Shown here in pieces: positions 34,887-41,058 of a stretch of DNA of 43,054 nucleotides. The notes beneath the pieces were generated by a model. The model did not search any database, was not told where the DNA came from, and saw only the letters and a program-made list of their open reading frames with translations. Origin of the DNA: an uncultured Gammaproteobacteria bacterium (lineage in GTDB: Bacteria > Patescibacteriota > Microgenomatia > UBA8517); the NCBI GenBank assembly GCA_964583685.1, contig CAZOVJ010000002.1:1-43054 (forward strand). The letters run 5' to 3'. Made by a program: the position numbers and the translations under genes. Position 1 is the stretch's first letter, and the number at the start of each line of letters is the position of its first letter.

Positions 34887-34959
34887 GGCCCTGTCGTCTA
34901 GTGGACCAGGACACTGGGTTCTCATCCCAGAAACCGGGGTTCGACTCCCCGCAGGGTCA
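34887..34959 (+). tRNA. tRNA-Glu (anticodon CTC)
   Basis: Manual cloverleaf: acceptor GGCCCTG/CAGGGTC, D-arm GTCTAGTGGACCAGGAC, anticodon stem CTGGG/CCCAG with loop TTCTCAT, T-arm CGGGG-TTCGACT-CCCCG. It is collinear with E. coli tRNA-Glu. No CCA is encoded. Confidence 0.85.
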
Positions 34960-35385
34960 CCCATTAAACTTCAAAAAATTTAATATAACTTCTTTATGAT
35001 CAAGTGCAATATCAAGCTCAGCTAGTTCTTCTTCAGAGAAAAAACCTATTTCAGATATTTCCCTAGTGTCAATCTCACCAAGAACAGCTTTACTTTCTAC
35101 CCTACCTCCAAAATAAAAAGTATTCCAACGAGAACCCATACTCGTATCAGGGTTTAGAATTTCCCTATAAAAAGTCGGTTCAAAAACCAAACCAATTTCC
35201 TCTTCCGTTTCTCTTTTTATTGCCTCCAGCTTAGTCTCTCCAGAATCAGGCTTACCTCCTACTAAACACCACTTTCCCTCCTCGACTGTTCCTTTTGCTC
35301 TCCTTGCAAGTAAAACTCTCCCTTCTTCATCAAGCAAAATTAGCCTGACTACAACCCTAACTGGAATTTCGTTCTCTTTCTCCAT
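34957..35385 (-). CDS. NUDIX hydrolase
   Basis: Nudix box GGKPDSGETKLEAIKRETEEEIGL. Start chosen at Met 29 of the tracked ORF (ATG 35385). The stop codon overlaps the last 3 nt of the tRNA on the other strand. Confidence 0.8.
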   Translation of the reverse strand: MEKENEIPVRVVVRLILLDEEGRVLLARRAKGTVEEGKWCLVGGKPDSGETKLEAIKRETEEEIGLVFEPTFYREILNPDTSMGSRWNTFYFGGRVESKAVLGEIDTREISEIGFFSEEELAELDIALDHKEVILNFLKFNG

Positions 35386-35732
35386 AGTGGCCTGATTATA
35401 ACAACTTGGATTAGATTGTGGTGGAAGATATAATATAGCCGAGTTAAGTAATCTTGAAGCGAGTTCCATTTCACGGATATTTGGGTCACCCAGTAAAATT
35501 TCTCAAGCTCCCAAGATTTGCATCAGTTCTCCGGGGGAAACTACTTTGAAGTCTTTCAGTTCTTTACTCTCTCTTTCATCTAGGTCAAAAACTTCTTTAA
35601 TTCATCATCTCTATAGCCGCGGACAGGATATGGAAGAACTTTAATTTGTTCTTCTTGAATTAGATCTTTCATAGTTTCCAACTTCCCATATCTTAGAAGA
35701 AATAATCAACTCTGCCAACCCCTGAAAGAAAA

Positions 35733-35766
35733 CTGTCGTTAGCGGACCAGAAAACTGGGTCCTCAT
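35733..35766 (+). repeat. Degenerate partial copy of tRNA-Glu (positions about 5-38: D-arm through anticodon loop)
   Basis: ctgtcgttagcggaccagaaaactgggtcctcat compared with ctgtcgtctagtggaccaggacactgggttctcat at 34891-34925 gives about 29-30 of 35 positions identical with one 1-nt gap. Confidence 0.6.
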
Positions 35767-35781
35767 TTTCTTAAATTGTCC

Positions 35782-35810
35782 TTGACAATGTATTATTTAG
35801 TATATACAAT
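35782..35810 (+). promoter_or_regulatory. Consensus sigma-70 promoter TTGACA-17 nt-TACAAT with overlapping palindromes, for brnTA
   Basis: TTGACA at 35782-35787 and TACAAT at 35805-35810. The palindromes ATTGTC-ctt-GACAAT and ACAATATTGT overlap the -35 and -10 elements. The GTG start at 35817 lies about 7 nt after the -10. Confidence 0.55.
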
Positions 35811-35816
35811 ATTGTT

Positions 35817-36113
35817 GTGCTCAGGATTAAGGAACCAATTAAATTTGTTTGGGATAAGGGAAATATCGACAAGAATTGGAAGAACCATCAGGTAACCAAT
35901 CAGGAGTGTGAAGAGATTTTCTTTGATGAAAATAAAAAAATCTCGAAAGATGTATTACATTCTAAAAAGGAAAAAAGATATATCCTTTTGGGAAAAACTA
36001 AAAAAGACAGATTATTATTTGTTATTTTTACATTGAGAAACAAGAAAGTAAGAATCATTTCAGCAAGAGATATTAACAGAAAAGAGGTGAAACTTTATGA
36101 AAAAACAACTTAA
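35817..36113 (+). CDS. brnT: BrnT-family (DUF497) type II toxin
   Basis: FVWDKGNIDKNWKNHQVTNQECEEIFFD...RLLFVIFTLRNKKVRIISARDINRKE matches the BrnT pattern. Confidence 0.8.
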   Translation: MLRIKEPIKFVWDKGNIDKNWKNHQVTNQECEEIFFDENKKISKDVLHSKKEKRYILLGKTKKDRLLFVIFTLRNKKVRIISARDINRKEVKLYEKTT

Positions 36114-36357
36114 ACTACCCAAATTCAAAAATGAAGACCAAGAAAGAAAGTTCTGGGCTAAAGTTGATTTGGCTGAATACTTTGAGCCAGCTGATTTTCA
36201 GCCAGTTTCTTTTCCTAACCTAAAACCAACGACTCGTTCAATTTCTATTCGACTACCTGAGTATTTAATCGACAGGATTAAAGAACAGGCGAATGAGATT
36301 AGTGTTCCTTATCAGTCTCTTATTAAGGGTTATTTAAAAAAGGCTGTTTTTAAATAA
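36097..36357 (+). CDS. brnA: BrnA-family antitoxin (RHH/CopG-like C-terminus)
   Basis: Overlaps brnT by 17 nt. The segments FW...RSISIRLPEYLIDRIKEQANEISVPYQSLIKGYL are BrnA-like. Confidence 0.7.
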   Translation: MKKQLKLPKFKNEDQERKFWAKVDLAEYFEPADFQPVSFPNLKPTTRSISIRLPEYLIDRIKEQANEISVPYQSLIKGYLKKAVFK

Positions 36358-36415
36358 GTTTAAGGATAGCATCATCTAAGGGAGCAGAAGACTGGGCTAT
36401 AATAAAAGATAAGAG

Positions 36416-37708
36416 ATGAGCCAGTTTTATAAAATTGCCAGCAAGGTTAAGCGGGAAAAACATATTGTCTGCATTGGCCATCTGGACCATGGGAAGTCGA
36501 CTCTTTTGGGTCGGCTTTTTTACGATTTAGGAAAGATTGATAAAGAAGTGATGAATCGAATTAAGAAACATGCCCAAGTTTTTGGTCAGGAAAAATTTGA
36601 TTTTGCTTATCTTATGGACCAGCTTAAGGAAGAACGAGCGCGGGGAATTACAATTGACTTGGCACACAAAAAGCTGGAGACGAAAAAGGCCTCGATCACC
36701 TTTGGCGATGCCCCTGGCCACCATGATTTCTTGAAAAACATGCTGGTGGGCGCGGCTGAATCAAACGCCGCTGTTTTAGTGGTGGCTGTTGACGAGGGAG
36801 TGAAAAGGCAAACAGAGGAGCATTTGTTTTTGGCAAAGATGCTTGGTTTAGCCAATGTCATTATCTGCATCAATAAAATGGACTTGGTTGATTATCAAAA
36901 AACTCCTTTTAACAAAGTTAAAAATCAAGCAGTCTCTCTTCTGAAAAAAGTGGGTTATTCTCCTCAAGAGGTGCCGATTATTCCCACTTCCGCCTTATAT
37001 GGAGAAAATATTGTTAAAAGGAGCAGAAAGAGCAAATGGTTTAAGGGCCCCAGTATTTTGGGGACGATTGAAAACTTACCGCCAACAAAGATCCCCACTG
37101 ATTTACCCCTCCGCTTGCCTGTTCAAGATATTTACCAAATTAAAAAAAGGTTGGTGGTCATTGGCCGTTTAGTTTCCGGGGTTTTAAGAAAAAGAGATGA
37201 GATGGTTATCTTCCCAAAAAAGAAAAAGTTGGCGGTTGAAAAGATATTTATTCAAGATAAAGAAATTAAAAAAGCTATAGCTGGGGATAATCTTTATTTG
37301 TATCTGAAAGGTTTAAAAAAAGGCCTAGTAAAAAGAGGTGATATGATTACCTTGGCAAAAAATCCACCGTTGATAACAAAGAAATTTAGGGCCCAAATCA
37401 TTGCCTTTGGTCTTTCTCAAAACATTAAATCAGGATTTCAGTTTGTTTTTGAGATGTTAACCGAGGAAACACCGGCAGTAATTAAGAAAATCATCCGCAA
37501 AATTGATACCACCACAGGAGCAACAATTAAAGGAAGAAAATTAAAAGATAATGAAGCCGGGGAAGTAATAATCACCAGCAAAAAACCGATTTTTATTGAA
37601 GCCCAAAGCCAACTAGCTCCCCTGGCCAGCTTTCGTTTAAAAACTAAGAAGAAGATAATAGGAATGGGGATTTGTCTGGAGGTGCTTGATGAAAAGAAAA
37701 AAAGTTAA
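36416..37708 (+). CDS. EF-1alpha/CysN-family translational-type GTPase, candidate sulfate adenylyltransferase GTPase subunit
   Basis: G1 GHLDHGKST, G3 DAPGH, G4 NKMD and G5 SAL. FDFAYLMDQLKEERARGITID is typical of the EF1A/CysN clade. 430 aa with beta-barrel domains II and III. It is encoded in the same operon as the cysD-like gene, two genes upstream of it. Confidence 0.8.
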   Translation: MSQFYKIASKVKREKHIVCIGHLDHGKSTLLGRLFYDLGKIDKEVMNRIKKHAQVFGQEKFDFAYLMDQLKEERARGITIDLAHKKLETKKASITFGDAPGHHDFLKNMLVGAAESNAAVLVVAVDEGVKRQTEEHLFLAKMLGLANVIICINKMDLVDYQKTPFNKVKNQAVSLLKKVGYSPQEVPIIPTSALYGENIVKRSRKSKWFKGPSILGTIENLPPTKIPTDLPLRLPVQDIYQIKKRLVVIGRLVSGVLRKRDEMVIFPKKKKLAVEKIFIQDKEIKKAIAGDNLYLYLKGLKKGLVKRGDMITLAKNPPLITKKFRAQIIAFGLSQNIKSGFQFVFEMLTEETPAVIKKIIRKIDTTTGATIKGRKLKDNEAGEVIITSKKPIFIEAQSQLAPLASFRLKTKKKIIGMGICLEVLDEKKKS

Positions 37709-38471
37709 ATTAATGGTTGTCGGCCTTGATGCCGCTACCTGGAAGGTTATTAAGCCAAATTTGGAGCAATTGCCTAATTTTGCTCAGTTAATGAAAGAGG
37801 GCAGTCATAAAACCCTAACAGTTCCAGACAAAGATGCGATTCTTTCACCGCCAATCTGGTGCTCTATTTTCTCGGGCAAGACCCAAGAAGAACACGGTCA
37901 TAAAAAATACGTGGTTGATAACAAGCTACAAACAAGAAAAGATATTAAAGTTGACTTTATCTGGGATATTTTGGAGAGAAAAGGAATTAAGGTGGCTGCT
38001 CTTCAAATTCCTTTTGTGATGCCGCCTTACAATTTCAATTGTCATTACCAGCCGGTGGGGTACGGCATTTCATCCGATTTAAGTGAGTTGGCCGAAGATA
38101 CTGATAGAGTATTTTTTAAATCTTTAGAGGTTCTCAAAAAACAAAAGCTGGAAGTATTTATCGTTGTCTTTTCTAGCCTGGACCGAATTCAGCATTTCCA
38201 TTGGGGTGAGCCATTGATTTTACCTTGGTACAAAAAATTCGACAAAATCTTAGGCGTTCTTAAGAACTATGGAGAGAAACTAATTATTATTTCTGACCAT
38301 GGTTTTTGCGGAATTGGCGAGGCAAGGGTAAAAACTCTACCTGAAAAAAATGAAAAAGGGGAGAAATTAAAAGGTGACCACCACCAAGATGCAATTTTAA
38401 TCAGCAAAAACATCAATTACAAGATTAAAGAACACAAAGATATTTTTGAGGCTATTTTAGGAGAAATTTAA
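37689..38471 (+). CDS. Alkaline-phosphatase-superfamily protein (nucleotide pyrophosphatase/phosphodiesterase-like), short paralog
   Basis: VVGLDAATW, DRIQHFHW and ISDHGF metal-ligand-type motifs. GGAGG RBS before ATG 37689. Overlaps the upstream stop. Confidence 0.6.
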   Translation: MKRKKVKLMVVGLDAATWKVIKPNLEQLPNFAQLMKEGSHKTLTVPDKDAILSPPIWCSIFSGKTQEEHGHKKYVVDNKLQTRKDIKVDFIWDILERKGIKVAALQIPFVMPPYNFNCHYQPVGYGISSDLSELAEDTDRVFFKSLEVLKKQKLEVFIVVFSSLDRIQHFHWGEPLILPWYKKFDKILGVLKNYGEKLIIISDHGFCGIGEARVKTLPEKNEKGEKLKGDHHQDAILISKNINYKIKEHKDIFEAILGEI

Positions 38472-38472
38472 A

Positions 38473-39165
38473 ATGCAAAACCCCTTAGAAAGCCAGAGTG
38501 AATTTATTATTAAAGAGGCCAAGGCACGATTTAAAAACCCGGTCCTGCTTTGGGCCGGGGGCAAAGACAGCACGACCATGCTGACGATTGGCCGAAAAGC
38601 CTTTTCTAGGCTAGTAAAATTTCCTTTTCCGGTCATGCTCATTGACACCAGTTATCAATTTAAAGAGACCTACCAATATATAGAGAAGTATGCCAAGCAA
38701 TGGAAACTTGAATTGATTCGTTTTAAAAATGAAAAGGCTTTAAAAAAAGGAATTAATCCCTTTACTACCAATCATTTTCAGTGCTGCCATGCTTTAAAAA
38801 CAGAAGCACTGGCCATGGCCATTAGGCAATATAAATTTGATGCTGTTTTAGTCGGTATTCGTTGGGATGAACACGGCGTTCGGGGAAAGGAAAGTTATTT
38901 TTCCTGGCGAGATAACCCGCCCCATATGAGAATTCACCCGATGCTCAATTGGTCAGAAAAAGAAATCTGGAGTTATCTGAAAAAAAATAAAATTCCTTAC
39001 AATCCTCTATACGATCGAGTAGAACATGGGAATTTAATCTACCGGAGTATTGGCTGCTGGCCATGCACCAAACCGGTTTCCCGAGAAACCCTAGAGGAAC
39101 GCGGCGGCCGAGCTCTGGATAAGGAAGAATTAATGGAAGACCTTCGTGCCCTAGGTTATATGTAA
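38473..39165 (+). CDS. cysD: CysD-like PP-loop ATP pyrophosphatase (sulfate adenylyltransferase small-subunit family) with extra CC...CxxC cysteines
   Basis: PP-loop WAGGKDST. KTEALAMAIRQYKFDAVLVGIRWDE, FSWRD and the C-terminal ERGGRALD...LGYM are collinear with E. coli CysD as I recall it. Cys104-Cys105 and Cys195-x-x-Cys198 are present. Confidence 0.8.
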   Translation: MQNPLESQSEFIIKEAKARFKNPVLLWAGGKDSTTMLTIGRKAFSRLVKFPFPVMLIDTSYQFKETYQYIEKYAKQWKLELIRFKNEKALKKGINPFTTNHFQCCHALKTEALAMAIRQYKFDAVLVGIRWDEHGVRGKESYFSWRDNPPHMRIHPMLNWSEKEIWSYLKKNKIPYNPLYDRVEHGNLIYRSIGCWPCTKPVSRETLEERGGRALDKEELMEDLRALGYM

Positions 39166-39552
39166 TTAAAAATAGCCAAGGTTTCGCAGCCTTTGTTTCA
39201 CTTTTGCCTCCTCTTTTACCTTCTTCTCTCCTTTCTCCTTATCGAGGAACTTCTTAATCATCCGGCAAAGGTCGTTTCTCGACTGAGCTCCAACTTTTCT
39301 TTGAACCTCTTTTCCCTTTTTGAAAACAACAAACGTCGGCACGCCGGTAATATGGTACTGGGAAGAGAAGATGGGGTTTCTATCAAGATTGATTTTGACT
39401 ACCTTAAATTTCCCTTGATAATCCTTTCCCATCTCTTGCAAAAGAAGATTAGTCGTTTGGCAGGGCAAACACCAGGAAGCCCAAAATTCCACTAAAACAG
39501 GTAGCTTAGATTGTAAAACTTCTTTGGCAAACTCCTGGCTAGTAATATCCAT
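39166..39552 (-). CDS. Thioredoxin with a Lys/Glu-rich C-terminal extension ending LRNLGYF
   Basis: WCLPC active site in an FWASWCLPCQ context with a thioredoxin fold of about 105 aa, plus a tail of about 23 aa. Confidence 0.85.
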   Translation of the reverse strand: MDITSQEFAKEVLQSKLPVLVEFWASWCLPCQTTNLLLQEMGKDYQGKFKVVKINLDRNPIFSSQYHITGVPTFVVFKKGKEVQRKVGAQSRNDLCRMIKKFLDKEKGEKKVKEEAKVKQRLRNLGYF

Positions 39553-39555
39553 TGT

Positions 39556-41058
39556 CTAAATGTCAAGCTTTGCCTGATATCCTTTCTTCTTCTTCCTCCC
39601 TGGTCGGTAGACTTCTAAAACCTCAGATTTTTTCTTCTCTCCTGACCACCTAGTTTTCGGCCAAATAACACGTGCCTTAGCCTCGATTCTTTTTTTGATT
39701 TCAGCCTTTGTTAAAAGCTTAAACATTCGGGAAATTTCCTTTTCCAAACTAATTTTTGGTCTGAAACCCAGTCCTCGAGGTAAGTTTTGCGAGACAACCT
39801 CAAAAGGATGCACCTCTGCTTCAACCCTCGGGTTTTCTAATCTCTGAATCCTTACTTTAAGTCCGAACTCCTTCCCTACTTTAGCCACTATTTCCGCTAA
39901 ATCTATTATTTTGTGTAGGCCGGAAACTTGGTTAACGACCGCATACTGTCCTGGTTCTGGTGGTGAGGCAATTAACCTCACCATACACTCCATCGCGTCT
40001 TCTAAGGCAATCATCCCTCTTATCTGGTCACCACTACCATAAACAGTTAAAGGAAGACCCAAAATGGCTTGGGCGACAAATCTGTTAACGACTGTCCCAA
40101 ACCACTCGTCAATATCAAGCCGAGTCCGAAGCCCGGGATCAGTCACTACTTCCTTGGTGTAAACACCATAGATAACGCCCTGCATGACATCATAGGAACG
40201 CAACCACCAATATTTACAGGCCTCGTAAACATTAAAGGTATCTTGAACCTTACTAACGTGATAAAAGCTGACCGGATCCCGGGGAGTCAATTCGCCGCCC
40301 AAACTCCATTCTCTCTTATCCCATTTGAGAACAGCGTCAGCAGGGAACATTCCTTCAAAAAGTGGCCTACCAGTCAGGGGCGTCCCATATTCTCCCATCG
40401 TGCCAAGTTTAATCAGAGAGGCGTTCGGTACTGTGTCTTTCATTGCCCATAAAAGACCAAGGGTTCCCAAAACATTATTTCTTTGGACTTCAATGGCATG
40501 GTTAGCATCAATCATACTATAAGGAGCAGAGGGAATTTCTGCGTAGTGGACAATCGCTTCTGGTTTTTCTTCGTCTAAGAAATCTTTTAGCTTTTCTTTA
40601 TCATTGATATCCATTTTGCGGAAGTTGATATCAATACCCAATACATCTTTGGCAAGCTTGAGGCGCTCAGTCATTCGGCTAATGGGAACTATTGTCTGGG
40701 CCCCTCTTTCCATCACACAGTCTCTTCGATAATAATTGTCAATCCCGCTAACCTTACATCCTAATCTGGCTAACTTTAAAGCAAGAGTCCAGCCGAGATA
40801 ACCATCTATCCCTAAAATCATCACCCTCATCCCCCGAAGTAAGTAGCCATAATTTGTCTTTCGCCATTGGGAACATTGCTCGAAAGTGATGTTAGGTTCG
40901 TAAAGTCCCAACTCTGGTCTTCGGTGACATTCAATCACTATCTGTCCTTCACCCCTCAAACTCTCAATCTTCTTTTCCTGGCCACAAGCACGAAAATCAA
41001 CATTGCCTTTAAATTTAGCAGCCGGGCAATTCCAGCAAGTTCTATTTTTGTTATGCAT
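39556..41058 (-). CDS. sqdB: UDP-sulfoquinovose synthase (SQD1/SqdB/Agl3 family) with a Cys-rich N-terminal extension of about 78 aa
   Basis: Collinear with plant SQD1 as I recall it: GIDGYLGW, SAPYSMID, NNVLGTLGLL, KLGTMGEYGTP, SFYHVSKV (Tyr-His-x-Ser-Lys), NRF..QA..G.PLTVYG.G.Q.RG and NPRVEAE. Confidence 0.85.
   Translation of the reverse strand: MHNKNRTCWNCPAAKFKGNVDFRACGQEKKIESLRGEGQIVIECHRRPELGLYEPNITFEQCSQWRKTNYGYLLRGMRVMILGIDGYLGWTLALKLARLGCKVSGIDNYYRRDCVMERGAQTIVPISRMTERLKLAKDVLGIDINFRKMDINDKEKLKDFLDEEKPEAIVHYAEIPSAPYSMIDANHAIEVQRNNVLGTLGLLWAMKDTVPNASLIKLGTMGEYGTPLTGRPLFEGMFPADAVLKWDKREWSLGGELTPRDPVSFYHVSKVQDTFNVYEACKYWWLRSYDVMQGVIYGVYTKEVVTDPGLRTRLDIDEWFGTVVNRFVAQAILGLPLTVYGSGDQIRGMIALEDAMECMVRLIASPPEPGQYAVVNQVSGLHKIIDLAEIVAKVGKEFGLKVRIQRLENPRVEAEVHPFEVVSQNLPRGLGFRPKISLEKEISRMFKLLTKAEIKKRIEAKARVIWPKTRWSGEKKKSEVLEVYRPGRKKKKGYQAKLDI

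Noticed and set aside
40069-40522. Plus-strand ORFs 40069-40452 and 40325-40522
   Set aside because: They lie antisense inside the strongly supported UDP-sulfoquinovose synthase gene.
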